Source: Planctomycetota bacterium (GTDB lineage: Bacteria > Planctomycetota > UBA1135). From it: a stretch of DNA of 64,000 nt. The notes under the pieces are model-generated. The model saw nothing but the letters and a program-made list of their open reading frames with translations. It was not told the DNA's origin and made no database searches. Where the stretch lies: the NCBI GenBank assembly GCA_045047305.1, contig JASFYO010000036.1, positions 14,326 through 78,325 on the forward strand, read 5' to 3'. The translations under genes and the position numbers were made by a program. Numbering within the stretch: the stretch's first letter is position 1; every line of letters begins with the position of its first letter. Positions 1 to 9,863 of the stretch are shown piece after piece.

Positions 1-2186
1 ACGATCTCCTGCACTCCTCCCTGCAACCGAACTTCCTGCGAGGTCATGCCTGGCGCAAGCACCAACGCTGGGAAGTCGCCGCCTGGAAGGAACAAGTCTG
101 CGTCACCAAGTGAATTACAAAACCCACGCATTTGATTTTTGCGTTCTTCGTGACCTTGAATACGCGCATAAGGGATTGCCTCCCCCAACGTATTCTTCAC
201 TCGAACTTTGGCCAGAACGACCTTGCCACGCATGTCAATTTCCGCCAAACGCGCATCCGTGGCACCAGAGTTCCATACAGGCAAAACGAAATCGAAGGAT
301 GCAAACACCGTCGCTTGTTTTTCGTGGATCAAATCCAAACGCCCTGCGCTTACGACCAGGCCCTCCGCGTGAAAGGTACCGTCGTCATCAAGGCCTAGAA
401 TGCGAGGGTCGCTGGTCGATCCATCTGCGAGAAACCTCATCGCGAAAACATTGGCTGGAATAGCAGGGTCGAAGAGAACGCGCCCGACGAGCTGCCCGCC
501 CTTTTGCAGTACGATTTCGGTTTGGTAACTCCCTGCAAGAAGGGTCTCATGGTAGGGCAGGAAACCCTCTGCTGAAATTTCGAGTTCAAATTCAGGACCA
601 TGTGCATTGCCAAAGAGAACGAAGCTTCCGTCCTTCTTGGAAAAAGCGAAGTCGAAACTGTCGTACTGTTCATAATGACTGGAGGCAAAGAGCATCAACC
701 CCTGCTGAGGTTCTCCTGCCTCATTCACAACTCGCCCTGAAATTAGAAGTTGGCTCGAATCTAAGCGCAGGCGACCAAGGTCCTTCACCCCTGGCAGAAG
801 CGCACCAAGTGCAAGACTCCCCCTCATGGGCTTCCCATCAAAAGACGGCGCGGTTTGCAGGTCGAGGACGGTGGTGGCATCAAACCAAGAACTGTAACTA
901 GCTGCATCGATTTCGATGCGGACGACACCGTCTGCATCTGTGGGATAAAGGGCATCACCGGAGTGATGACTATTTCCTGTTTGATAACCAGCCAGTAGAT
1001 CTTGATTCCTGATGGGTTCTCTACTTTCATCCAAAACCTGCACTTGAACTACACGGTCAGGGTCAGCAGCTTCCATCTGCAAGAGAACTTCTTCATCCGC
1101 CACCCTGGGGCCCCAGCCAAAGCCAAAGCGCTGTTCACGGCCTCGCTCTGTCCGTACCGAAACCACCAAACGCATATCTAAACCGACAAATGGGTAGACA
1201 CTGCGGCCATCGCTCATGGTGTTTGCAAACACTCCTTTCTCTGCGTTATTCCATTTGCGGGCATCACGATGCCAACCAGTTCCAGGGTTTGCATCCCAAG
1301 CCATTTGTACCGAAAGCCCTGGCTGCTTAGCTTCCACATCATCGACCACGACCACTTGCCCCATGGCTGGCAATGTCAAAGTCATGGTCTCGTTTCCGCT
1401 TGGAATTCCAGCGAGCACAGGATGCTGCAGCAAAACCAACGGATGAACACGCAGCCGTGAAGCCGGACGTGTGGAAGCCCAGTGAGATAGGTGTGGAATA
1501 TGCGCGATACCTTCCTGGTTGGATAGAACACGAGAATCCAAAATGGGGAAAACTCTTTCTTCCAGAACCGAAGCCAAACACACTGGCATACCTACGATCG
1601 GTCGGTGGAAGGCATCCACGACTTTCACCTGAAGGCTCTGATCTTGCCACATCTTCAACACCCGCATTTGACTTGGAAACTGAAAAGAGTACCCAAAAAG
1701 TTCTCCCTTTCTAGCGACAAAGACCTGATTGTCCCCTATCTCTGGCACCTCGACGTGTCCGTGCACATCACTGAAATACTCTTCCGAATATTCCGCCGCA
1801 AGGACTTCTGGATCGGTTTCATTTTTGGAAACATCCCACATGCTTCGCTCTCGCCTTTCGAGATTTCTTTGGTATGTCCAGACCGAGGCATGGGCAATCG
1901 GTTCTCCAGTTTCACCAGAGATTAAGCGCACAAGAAGCTTCGGTTGGGATACTGCAACTTCCTCAGGAACTCCCGCAGCAGGAATCTCTGGACCACCAAG
2001 CTCCAAGCGCTCACGAGAAACTTCCTCCGTGTCAGCCTGATTGGGCAGTTCCAGCTCTGCTGCATGGAGTGGCATGGTGGGCTCGTTTAAGTCAGCTGAC
2101 TCCTCCTCGCTGAATGAGAGTGCACAAGTCCAATAAAAAAGCCCTCCGATGACGAAGATAAAAACAAGCAATAGGGAGTGTCGCAT
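1..2186 (-). CDS. Signal-anchored multi-beta-sandwich envelope protein, subfamily A; the 3' end runs off the left edge of the window
   Basis: This gene is absent from the ORF track because it has no stop inside the window. Hand translation of the minus strand from ATG 2186..2184 (MRHSLLLVFIFVIGGLFYWTCALSF...) stays open down to position 3, and I spot-checked several segments. It has one N-terminal helix, an acidic linker and then beta-rich modules. It is colinear with 13457..15973 and 45677..47362 (LISGRVVNEAGEP; VLQKGGQLVGRVLFDPAIPANVF; AEIDMRGKVVLAKV). Confidence 0.7.
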   Translation of the reverse strand, partial: MRHSLLLVFIFVIGGLFYWTCALSFSEEESADLNEPTMPLHAAELELPNQADTEEVSRERLELGGPEIPAAGVPEEVAVSQPKLLVRLISGETGEPIAHASVWTYQRNLERRERSMWDVSKNETDPEVLAAEYSEEYFSDVHGHVEVPEIGDNQVFVARKGELFGYSFQFPSQMRVLKMWQDQSLQVKVVDAFHRPIVGMPVCLASVLEERVFPILDSRVLSNQEGIAHIPHLSHWASTRPASRLRVHPLVLLQHPVLAGIPSGNETMTLTLPAMGQVVVVDDVEAKQPGLSVQMAWDANPGTGWHRDARKWNNAEKGVFANTMSDGRSVYPFVGLDMRLVVSVRTERGREQRFGFGWGPRVADEEVLLQMEAADPDRVVQVQVLDESREPIRNQDLLAGYQTGNSHHSGDALYPTDADGVVRIEIDAASYSSWFDATTVLDLQTAPSFDGKPMRGSLALGALLPGVKDLGRLRLDSSQLLISGRVVNEAGEPQQGLMLFASSHYEQYDSFDFAFSKKDGSFVLFGNAHGPEFELEISAEGFLPYHETLLAGSYQTEIVLQKGGQLVGRVLFDPAIPANVFAMRFLADGSTSDPRILGLDDDGTFHAEGLVVSAGRLDLIHEKQATVFASFDFVLPVWNSGATDARLAEIDMRGKVVLAKVRVKNTLGEAIPYARIQGHEERKNQMRGFCNSLGDADLFLPGGDFPALVLAPGMTSQEVRLQGGVQEI

Positions 2187-2249
2187 GGGCTTATGGGCAA
2201 CCACCTCAGCCATCGGACTCAGGTGGTTTTTATAGTAACGGGCTATCGC

Positions 2250-3299
2250 TTAGACGTCGAGAACGCCAAGAGTCACTCGAATCGTGCGGATGGAGCGCTT
2301 GCTCAAAATCTTCACTTTCACCGAGCTCCCTGGTGAAACCGCAGCGATCCGCGCTTTCACTTGATTGGCGGTTTGAATCTCACGACCATCGATTTCGAGG
2401 ATGACGTCGCCCTGACGAATACCAGCCTTATGCGCAGGTCCGTTTTTAACCACAGACCAGACCTCGACACCATAAGTATGCTCCAAACCTCTAAGTTTGG
2501 CACCTTGCGCGTCAAGGCCCTTCACACTGACACCAATCCAACCACGACGAATCGTTCCAGTCTCGGCAAGGTCATGGACGTAGCGTTTCGCAATCGCGGT
2601 TGGGATGGCATAACCAATGCCGCGCCACATAGGTTCCCCACCACCGCCCCCACCACCAATGGCGGTGTTGATTCCAATCACTTCGCCGTTCATGTTCACC
2701 AAGGGGCCGCCGGAGGAACCGCGATCAATAAAGGCATCGAACTGAAGGAAGTCCTCATAAGAGCCTTTCACCATCTTCAATTGTCGACCGAGAGCACTAA
2801 TCACCCCCAAACTCGTGGTGCCCTCCATGCCGAGCGGACTACCAATGGCCATGACGAGGTGGCCTGGACGAATCAAATCGCTATCGCCCCATGCGAGTTG
2901 GTGCTTGGCCGAACCCGGCGGAATATCGAGCACAGCCAAATCGGTTTGTTTATCGACGCCCAAAAGAACACCACGAACAATGCGGCCATCGTGAAACTGC
3001 ACCGTGGCGGAGGTGCTGCCATCCATCACGTGGGCATTGGTGACCACGATGCCTTTGATTGCGTCGACCACGAAGCCGGTGCCGAGGCCACGCCCCATCT
3101 CACCCCCAGAATTTCTGGCCACACTTAAATAGACCGTGCCGCTAGAAACCTTTGCAGCTAGATCTGCGCTCTGCTCCGAAAACTCCAACAAGGTCATAGC
3201 CTTGTCTGGCGTCTCGGATTGAGCGCTACGGCTCCAAAGCACGACAAAAGAGCTCACCAAAATGGCGGTCCACAAGATTTTCTTACTTTTTATGTTCAT
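2250..3299 (-). CDS. htrA: HtrA/DegP-family periplasmic serine protease (S1C) with one PDZ domain
   Basis: The product is 349 aa with a signal peptide (MNIKSKKILWTAILVSSFVVLWS). Catalytic triad contexts are present: VVTNAHVM, DLAVLDI and DRGSSGGPLVN. The C-terminal PDZ-like region includes GIRQGDVILEIDGREI. Confidence 0.9.
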   Translation of the reverse strand: MNIKSKKILWTAILVSSFVVLWSRSAQSETPDKAMTLLEFSEQSADLAAKVSSGTVYLSVARNSGGEMGRGLGTGFVVDAIKGIVVTNAHVMDGSTSATVQFHDGRIVRGVLLGVDKQTDLAVLDIPPGSAKHQLAWGDSDLIRPGHLVMAIGSPLGMEGTTSLGVISALGRQLKMVKGSYEDFLQFDAFIDRGSSGGPLVNMNGEVIGINTAIGGGGGGGEPMWRGIGYAIPTAIAKRYVHDLAETGTIRRGWIGVSVKGLDAQGAKLRGLEHTYGVEVWSVVKNGPAHKAGIRQGDVILEIDGREIQTANQVKARIAAVSPGSSVKVKILSKRSIRTIRVTLGVLDV

Positions 3300-3338
3300 G
3301 GGTGTGCTTTCTCTTACGCTGGAACCGAGTATTCGCTA

Positions 3339-6257
3339 ATGAAATCCTGGCCCTTAATCCTCGTTGTTCTCCTGCTCGGCGTATGCGCTTGGATTGTCCT
3401 TGCGCCAACGGAGCAGACCTCTATCGACACATCTTCTGGGTTCACCGAAGAGGTGAGCCCTGCTTCTACCTTAAGCGATGCTGTGGCCAGTTCCAGTAGG
3501 GATTTCAATGCTGCCGATGCTCTCGCTCGCACCGAAGTCACCTCTGGTCCAGCAGAAGCTTCACTCAATCCTTCTGCGGAGAACACACTCCCCTTCACGC
3601 GAGCCGCGGGCTCCTTGAAGCTGAAGCTCGTAGATGGCGATGGCAAAGGCATCCAAGACGCCAAAGTTCGCATCCACTTAGGTGGATCCGGCCCAGGCAT
3701 CGACGTCAAGGAATGGCAGAACCACAATCTTTTGGCAACTGGACTCGATGGCATCCTGCAAGTGGATGTGCCTTCCCATGTGGATCTGATGCTGAACATT
3801 GAAGGCTCCCAGTGGCATGAAGTGAGTCGACAAATCCAAGCAATTGCTGTTGGAGAAGAAGTGGATCTCGGTGAAATCGCCCTCGCTCCAGCCAACCATC
3901 TTTATGGCCAAGTGAAAGGCCCTGAAGGCCAAGCCATCGCCCATGCTTTCATCACCTTGCAAGAAGCAAATGGCTCCATGTGGGGCAACTTTGGGCAAAA
4001 GCAAACCAGGTCCGATGAGAGCGGTCATTACTCGCTCGATGGCGTGCGCCGTGGACGTTATGAATTCGAAGTGAAGGCACAAGGATTTGCGCCGATGAAG
4101 TTAGATGCTCAAGAGGTGGATCAAAGCAAAGGCGAGTTCGAATTGGATTTGGAACTCACCTATGGTGACAGCACGCGCGGCCAAGTCGTAGATGAAGAGG
4201 GCACCCCGATCCCCAATGCTCATGTTTATCTCGTCGCAGTTGATGCAAACAATTATTGGCGAGAGAATCACCCTGCCTTACCAAAAGAAGACTCACAAAT
4301 CCTCTCTGATGCAGATGGCCGCTTTTCCATTCAAGGATTAAGCGACGACACCTCCTTGCACATAGGGGCACGCGCTGAAGGTTATGGCGTTGGCTTTGCC
4401 GATGAGGTGAAAGCAAATGGCGATGCCTTGGTACGCTTGACACAACATTTTGCACTCCGCGGCACCGTGGTTGATAAGCAAGGGAATCCGGTGGAGCATG
4501 CCTCCATCAGCTTGGTGCCCTCGGACCCTGGAGAAGATGACAACCGCAACATTTCCACCCAATCCAAGGAAGACGGAAGCTTCGAATTGAAGCCGCAAGC
4601 GCCTGGTTCCTGGAATTTAAGCCTGACTTCCGCATTGGGCAATATCGAGCAGCAAACGGTGCAATTGGGGCCAGACACCGAAGCTCTTGCTCTCATACTT
4701 CCGCTGCAAAATCCGCTCAACATCCGAGTGGTGGATAGCGCAGGTAAAGCTCTTGCTGGTGTCAAAGTTTGGCTGAAGAAACCGGAAAACCAAAAAAACT
4801 TAGAGTCAGCGTTAACATCCCTTGGATATAGCGGTAGCGTGAGTTTCAGCTTCAAACTGAGTGGGCAGTTCGACAATCACTCGACCACTCAAACCGATGA
4901 AAACGGCGTTGCCCATTTCGCCGATCTCCCACCAGAAAAGTACAAGCTCCGATTAAATCTATTGGGCTATGCTCAATTGGAAAAAGACTTCGACGTCACC
5001 GGTGTCGCCCAGGAAGATGAGTTCACCTTAGAGAGCAGTGCTTTCTTACGTGTACGTTTGGTGAACAGCAATGGGGAATCGGTTAGCAATGTTCAAGTTG
5101 GATTACGCACCACAGAAACGGGTGACGATTTAGAGCAGAAAAGAACCGACGATGCCGGCCGGGCAGTTTGGAATAATCTGGAGGAAGGCGATTACCAAGT
5201 CTCCTATCGTGCCAACGATGCCGACGGCTGGTGGTGGGATCAAGATGAGGATGGAGACCGTAGTCCTGACCAAGCCGTGGTGTCGGTCAAAGCCGGCGAG
5301 ACCAAAGACTTTGAGCTCATCATCAACGACCTCGCCTTGCTCACGGTACGCGTGACTCGTCATGGCATTCCGGCCTCCGATGTCAAAGTGCAACTGCAAG
5401 AGGTTAAGAAAAACAATCGTCGTCGGTTTGGCAACAATGACGATCATGGACGCCCGACCGATGGACGCGGCAGCATCATTTTGCCGGCAGTCAAAGCAGG
5501 CAAATATGACATTGTGATTAAGGGGCGAAAATCCTCACCAGCCACTAAAGAGCGCGTGGAACTTTATGTTGGGCCACAAACCATAGAAGTGGAGTTAGAT
5601 GGCAGTGAGGTGCGTGGGTCCCTGATGGGAACGGCTGGACCTTTGGTGGGCGCCACAGTGGCCCTGGTGCCCTACGTCGACCCCAATGCCAGCGGCAAAA
5701 ACCGCCGTCGCAACAGTATCAGCATCATTTCCTACAGTATAACTGGGGAGAATCCGGTGATTAAGTTTGGCAAAAGTGGCGAGCAAGACACCAATACCCG
5801 GTCCAGCAGCCAAGGTAGCTACGTCTTCCTCGATGTTCCGGATGGGCAATGGACCATCATCGCCCGTGCTGATGGCTATGGCACCTGGACTTCGCAGCCG
5901 ATTGCGGTGCAGGGTGGACAAAGCGTAGACCTCGGCTCCTACCGCCTTTTCCCAGGAGGGATCATCACCGGCCACGACTACAATTGGACCCCTCCTTCCC
6001 AAGAAGAAGAGGAAGAGCGGTTCTGGGGCTGGGGAAGCTCGCTGCGTCTGGAGGATGGCAAAGGCGAGATGCTTTCCATGGCCAACCTAGATGAACGAGG
6101 CGATTTCTCCTTCCAGGACCTTCCGGAGGGGATTTATGTACTAATTGCCGACCAATTCACCTCCGAAAAAATCCATATCTCCGCCGGCGAAAGAGTTTCA
6201 CATGACATTCCGCTGGAGCAACCGAAAGAAGATGAAAAGCCAAAACAGGAACAATAG
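3339..6257 (+). CDS. Signal-anchored multi-beta-sandwich envelope protein, subfamily B (carboxypeptidase-regulatory-like repeats)
   Basis: The track ORF starts at TTG 3219, which would overlap htrA. ATG 3339 gives MKSWPLILVVLLLGVCAWIVLAP, a signal anchor. The body contains many repeats of the pattern G.V.D..G.P...A.V ... D..G.F....L..G.Y. It is colinear with 59260..62148 (AGRAVWNNLEEGDYQVSYRA versus TGRAVWPRLESGRYEVGYRE, and shared ARADGYGTWTS / ARGYERWTS). The C-terminal tail is charged (EQPKEDEKPKQEQ). Confidence 0.8.
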   Translation: MKSWPLILVVLLLGVCAWIVLAPTEQTSIDTSSGFTEEVSPASTLSDAVASSSRDFNAADALARTEVTSGPAEASLNPSAENTLPFTRAAGSLKLKLVDGDGKGIQDAKVRIHLGGSGPGIDVKEWQNHNLLATGLDGILQVDVPSHVDLMLNIEGSQWHEVSRQIQAIAVGEEVDLGEIALAPANHLYGQVKGPEGQAIAHAFITLQEANGSMWGNFGQKQTRSDESGHYSLDGVRRGRYEFEVKAQGFAPMKLDAQEVDQSKGEFELDLELTYGDSTRGQVVDEEGTPIPNAHVYLVAVDANNYWRENHPALPKEDSQILSDADGRFSIQGLSDDTSLHIGARAEGYGVGFADEVKANGDALVRLTQHFALRGTVVDKQGNPVEHASISLVPSDPGEDDNRNISTQSKEDGSFELKPQAPGSWNLSLTSALGNIEQQTVQLGPDTEALALILPLQNPLNIRVVDSAGKALAGVKVWLKKPENQKNLESALTSLGYSGSVSFSFKLSGQFDNHSTTQTDENGVAHFADLPPEKYKLRLNLLGYAQLEKDFDVTGVAQEDEFTLESSAFLRVRLVNSNGESVSNVQVGLRTTETGDDLEQKRTDDAGRAVWNNLEEGDYQVSYRANDADGWWWDQDEDGDRSPDQAVVSVKAGETKDFELIINDLALLTVRVTRHGIPASDVKVQLQEVKKNNRRRFGNNDDHGRPTDGRGSIILPAVKAGKYDIVIKGRKSSPATKERVELYVGPQTIEVELDGSEVRGSLMGTAGPLVGATVALVPYVDPNASGKNRRRNSISIISYSITGENPVIKFGKSGEQDTNTRSSSQGSYVFLDVPDGQWTIIARADGYGTWTSQPIAVQGGQSVDLGSYRLFPGGIITGHDYNWTPPSQEEEEERFWGWGSSLRLEDGKGEMLSMANLDERGDFSFQDLPEGIYVLIADQFTSEKIHISAGERVSHDIPLEQPKEDEKPKQEQ

Positions 6258-6287
6258 TTCCACCTAGGATTAGAAAGTAGAAAGACG

Positions 6288-6316
6288 TCGCCAACTTGGG
6301 TGGGAAGACGTAAAAT
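6288..6316 (+). promoter_or_regulatory. Candidate sigma70-type promoter upstream of nqrA
   Basis: TCGCCA (6288..6293) is followed by a 17-nt spacer and TAAAAT (6311..6316), inside the 147-nt gap before nqrA. The -35 match is weak. This is pattern only. Confidence 0.2.
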
Positions 6317-6404
6317 CTGCGGCGTTTTCCGAGTCTTGATGTCCAATCGAGAGGGCAGGAAACATCCCTTTAGCTCCCGAACCCAAAGGCTGGAATTCGG
6401 TCTG

Positions 6405-7751
6405 ATGGCGGTCCACAAAATCAAACAGGGTCTGGATTTACCAATCCATGGTGCCCTCGAAAATCACTCACTGGTCGACGGACCCTCCGTCGACCGCGTC
6501 GCCTTGCTGCCCCAGGAATCCTGGGGGATCAAGGTTCAAATGTTGGCCCACGAGGGCGACAAGGTCCAAATCGGCAGTCCGCTCTTCCGCGATCGCCGCG
6601 ACCCGGATGTGGTGTTTACCTCTCCAGGCGCAGGCACTGTGGAAGCAGTCAATCGTGGTGCGAAACGCGCTGTGCTGTCGGTGGTGGTCAAGCTAGATGG
6701 TTCCGCAGATGCGGTTTCCTTCGATAAGCTAGATCCTGGCACCTGCGATCGCGCTGCATTAGTCACCGCATTGACGGCTTCCGGGCTATGGCCAAACTTA
6801 CGTCAACGTCCGTTTGACAAGGTGGCTGTATCCGCAGAAACCCCACGCAGCATCTTCGTCACCGCGATGGACACCCAACCGCTGGCGCCTTCTCCGAAGG
6901 AAATGCTCGCAGGCCGGGAAGAAGCGTTCAAGCTCGGACTGACTGCGCTGTGCAAACTCTCTGGCGGTGCCACTTACTTGTGCACCAAGGCCGGCGAGGA
7001 CTGGGCGGAGCTTTCCGTCGACGGCGTCAGCCAAGAGCAATTCGCCGGACCGCACCCTGCAGGCAACGCGGGCGTGCACATCAACGCGTTGGATCCGGTG
7101 AATATGGAGCGCAAGGTTTGGCATATTGATTATCAAGGCGTCGCCGAAATTGGTGAGTTCTTGCTGAGCGGTGTAGTTCCAACCGAGCGTCGTGTGGCCG
7201 TGGTTGGACCTGCTGCTGAAAAATGCGCGGTTTACAAAACCCGTCGCGGAGCTACCACTTCGGCATTCACTTCGGCGTGCTCGCCAAAGGGAGTGCGCTT
7301 CGTCGCAGGCTCCTTGCTGAGTGGCGCCACGGCAGATCCAGGATCGGACAAAGGTTACCTCGGGCGTTACACCCACCAGCTAAGCTTGGTCGACGATGCA
7401 CCAGAACGCGAGTTTCTCGGTTGGGTCAAGCCTGTCGGCACTCGTTGGTCACTCACCAACACTTACTTCGCAAAGTTTGTGAAGAAGAAGTTCCGCATTG
7501 ACACCGACATCAATGGTGGCGTACGGGCCATCGTTCCATTGGGTAACTACGAGAAGGTTATGCCGATGGACATTCTCCCGACTCACCTAATTAAATCACT
7601 CGCCGCCAATGATGTGGAAACGGCTGAAAAACTGGGCGCTCTGGAACTGGGCGAAGAAGATCTGGCACTTTGTCAGTACGTCTGCCCCTCCAAGATTGAC
7701 ATTACCGACATGTTACGTGCCATGCTGACCCGAATCGAGAAGGAGGGCTAA
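6405..7751 (+). CDS. nqrA: Na+-translocating NADH:quinone oxidoreductase subunit A
   Basis: The N-terminus MAVHKIKQGLDLPIHG is the canonical NqrA start, followed by FTSPGAGTVEAVNRGAKRAVLSVVV. It is the first gene of an nqrABCDEF series. The 35 extra residues from the GTG 6300 start are not NqrA-like. Confidence 0.92.
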   Translation: MAVHKIKQGLDLPIHGALENHSLVDGPSVDRVALLPQESWGIKVQMLAHEGDKVQIGSPLFRDRRDPDVVFTSPGAGTVEAVNRGAKRAVLSVVVKLDGSADAVSFDKLDPGTCDRAALVTALTASGLWPNLRQRPFDKVAVSAETPRSIFVTAMDTQPLAPSPKEMLAGREEAFKLGLTALCKLSGGATYLCTKAGEDWAELSVDGVSQEQFAGPHPAGNAGVHINALDPVNMERKVWHIDYQGVAEIGEFLLSGVVPTERRVAVVGPAAEKCAVYKTRRGATTSAFTSACSPKGVRFVAGSLLSGATADPGSDKGYLGRYTHQLSLVDDAPEREFLGWVKPVGTRWSLTNTYFAKFVKKKFRIDTDINGGVRAIVPLGNYEKVMPMDILPTHLIKSLAANDVETAEKLGALELGEEDLALCQYVCPSKIDITDMLRAMLTRIEKEG

Positions 7752-7760
7752 GGGCAGACC

Positions 7761-7919
7761 ATGGAAAAAGTCATTCCGCGCTCCAACGGCGTTTTTGCTC
7801 ACCCGCTGCGTCTACAGAACCAGCCCCTATCAAACAATAGGGGCAGAACCTGCTTCCTTGCTGGCAAGCAAAACCACTCGCCGGCCCCCGAAAGCACTTC
7901 CTCCACGGCCTGCTCATGA
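7761..7919 (+). CDS. Unannotated 52-codon ORF filling the nqrA-nqrB spacer (hypothetical; may not be translated)
   Basis: ATG 7761 lies 10 nt after the nqrA stop, with AAGGAGGG 13-14 nt upstream. The stop TGA 7917..7919 overlaps the nqrB ATG as ATGA. The product [52 protein letters not shown] is not hydrophobic. Rare codons (CTA x2, AGG, AGA) argue against translation. Confidence 0.2.
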   Translation: MEKVIPRSNGVFAHPLRLQNQPLSNNRGRTCFLAGKQNHSPAPESTSSTACS

Positions 7920-9112
7920 AGTTCCTACGCAAAAAACTCGACGCTGTGGCGCCACTCTTTGAAAAGGGTGGCAAGTTTGAGAAGTGGTACCCGCTTTACG
8001 AAGCCGGTGACAGCTTTCTCTGGACTCCAGGGCTTCGCACCAAGTCCGGACCGCACGTCCGCGACATCATCGACCTGAAACGCATGATGAGCATGGTGGT
8101 GATCGCCCTCATGCCATGTATTTTGTGGGCGCTGTTTAACAACGGTTACCAAGCCATGCTGGCCGATTCCAGCTACGGTTTGGCCGCCGCCGACTCCATC
8201 TCCTTCGATGTGGTGATGAAAGCTTCGTGGATTGGCTTACTCGCCTTCCTCCCACTTTACATCGTGACACTGGCGGCAGGTGGTGCGGTGGAAACCTTGT
8301 TCGCAGTGGTGCGCAAACACGAAATCAACGAGGGCTTCCTCGTCACTTCGATGTTATTCCCGCTCATCGTGCCAGTCGACATCCCACTATGGCAAGTCGC
8401 AATCGGCATCATCTTCGGTACCTTGATTGGTAAAGAGGTGTTTGGTGGAACCGGCATGAACATCCTCAACCCGGCCCTCACCGGACGTTTGTTCTTGTTC
8501 ATCGCTTACCCGGCGCAAATCTCGGGTGAGGTATGGACCAAGTTGCCAAGTGATCCAAGCCTCGCGGTCGATGGTCACACTGGAGCTACGGCACTTTCTC
8601 AGTTTTACAGCCATGGTGCTGCTGCAACCGCCGACATGAATTGGATGGACTCCTTCCTCGGACTCATGCCGGGATCTTTTGCGGAGACATCCACCCTTGC
8701 CTGCTTGATTGGCGCTGCAATCCTGATTCTTAGTGGAGTTGGAAGTTGGCGCATCATGCTCGGCAGCTTGCTCGGCATGATTGGCATGAGTTATTTACTC
8801 AACGCCTTTGCCCCCGACGAAAGCCACTACATGGCTTTGGATTGGACCTGGCACCTAGTCGTCGGCGGTTTCGCCTTCGGCACCGTGTTTATGGCCACCG
8901 ACCCAGTTTCGGCGGCTCAAACCGACCGCGGTAAATGGATTTACGGAGTGCTGATTGGACTGCTCACAGTCCTGGTTCGCGTGTTAAATCCCGCGTACCC
9001 AGAAGGCATGATGCTTGCCATCATCTTCATGAACGTGTTCGCACCTACCATCGACTACTACGTGGTCAAAGCAAACATCAAGCGTCGGGAGAAGCGCCTT
9101 GGAGTTCAGTAA
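7916..9112 (+). CDS. nqrB: Na+-NQR subunit B
   Basis: The N-terminus is [30 protein letters not shown]. The protein is polytopic and carries the FMN-attachment motif [10 protein letters not shown]. Confidence 0.93.
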   Translation: MKFLRKKLDAVAPLFEKGGKFEKWYPLYEAGDSFLWTPGLRTKSGPHVRDIIDLKRMMSMVVIALMPCILWALFNNGYQAMLADSSYGLAAADSISFDVVMKASWIGLLAFLPLYIVTLAAGGAVETLFAVVRKHEINEGFLVTSMLFPLIVPVDIPLWQVAIGIIFGTLIGKEVFGGTGMNILNPALTGRLFLFIAYPAQISGEVWTKLPSDPSLAVDGHTGATALSQFYSHGAAATADMNWMDSFLGLMPGSFAETSTLACLIGAAILILSGVGSWRIMLGSLLGMIGMSYLLNAFAPDESHYMALDWTWHLVVGGFAFGTVFMATDPVSAAQTDRGKWIYGVLIGLLTVLVRVLNPAYPEGMMLAIIFMNVFAPTIDYYVVKANIKRREKRLGVQ

Positions 9113-9863
9113 CAAATACATCATTGGCTTTGCCTTGGCATTGTGCTTGGTTTGCTCCTTGGCTGTGTCCACCACCGCAGTGGTGCTCAAGGACAAGCAA
9201 GACGCCAACGCCCTACTCGACATGCAGAGTCAGATCTTGCGCGTCGCCGGCCTAATCGATGCCGACGCCAAACCGACATCGGAAGAGGCCACGGCTATGT
9301 TCGCTAACATCAAAGCGCTAAAGGTCTCTCCCACTACCGGCGAGATTTTGGGCGAGATGGAGTTCAATCCAAAGAACATCATCAAAGCCTCGAAAGACGC
9401 AAGTCTCAGTACCGCGACCACCAGTGAGGCCGCTAGAAAAGCAAGAGTCAGTCGTATTCCAAATCACCTGATGGTGCTCCAGGTCACAGACCCTGGAAAT
9501 GAATGCTACGTATTCTTGCTCTGGGGCAATGGATTGTGGTCGACCCTATACGGCTACATTGCTTTGGAAGCAGATCTCAAGACCGTGAAGGGCCTTACCT
9601 TTTACGAACAAGGAGAGACTGCTGGTTTGGGTGGCGAAATCGTCAACCCGAACTGGACTGCACAATGGCCAGGTAAAAAGGTCTTCGATGCAGATGGCAA
9701 TTTGGCCTTAACTGTGACCAAGTTTGGCAAGGTCAAGAATCCAGAATCTCAGGTCGATGGCATTTCTGGAGCCACCATTACAAGTCGCGCTGTGGGGAAT
9801 ACCATGCAAACTTGGCTTGGTGATGAAGCTTATGGCAAGTTCCTCAAAGCGGAGGGCAAGTGA
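9099..9863 (+). CDS. nqrC: Na+-NQR subunit C
   Basis: A TTG start overlaps nqrB by 14 nt. The protein has a single N-terminal helix ([13 protein letters not shown]) and the covalent-FMN motif [12 protein letters not shown]. Confidence 0.9.
   Translation: MEFSNKYIIGFALALCLVCSLAVSTTAVVLKDKQDANALLDMQSQILRVAGLIDADAKPTSEEATAMFANIKALKVSPTTGEILGEMEFNPKNIIKASKDASLSTATTSEAARKARVSRIPNHLMVLQVTDPGNECYVFLLWGNGLWSTLYGYIALEADLKTVKGLTFYEQGETAGLGGEIVNPNWTAQWPGKKVFDADGNLALTVTKFGKVKNPESQVDGISGATITSRAVGNTMQTWLGDEAYGKFLKAEGK

Noticed and set aside
2199-2231. A hairpin AACCACCTCAG…CTCAGGTGGTT followed by TTTTT, which looks like a plus-strand rho-independent terminator.
   Set aside because: Both flanking genes are on the minus strand, so there is no plus-strand transcript to terminate. 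On the minus strand the hairpin lacks a U-run. I kept it only as a possible intercistronic RNA structure (see the HtrA finding).
2361-3128. A 255-aa plus-strand ORF lies antisense to htrA. Similar long antisense ORFs occur at 18181..19134 (317 aa, opposite ccoI), 19447..20064, 22128..22763, 25331..25861 and 48836..49504.
   Set aside because: Each lies entirely inside a gene with strong motif support on the other strand. Their translations are R/S/P/H-rich and low-complexity with no motifs. These are typical shadow ORFs of moderately GC-rich DNA.
3219-3338. The ORF track proposes extended 5' starts at 3219, 6300, 56373, 62077, 62214, 40735 and 17363.
   Set aside because: The extensions overlap neighbouring genes or add residues that are not family-like. 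In each case a downstream start gives the canonical N-terminus or a signal anchor. At 17315 and 26173 there is also an SD, and at 48080 and 56229 there is ATGA coupling.
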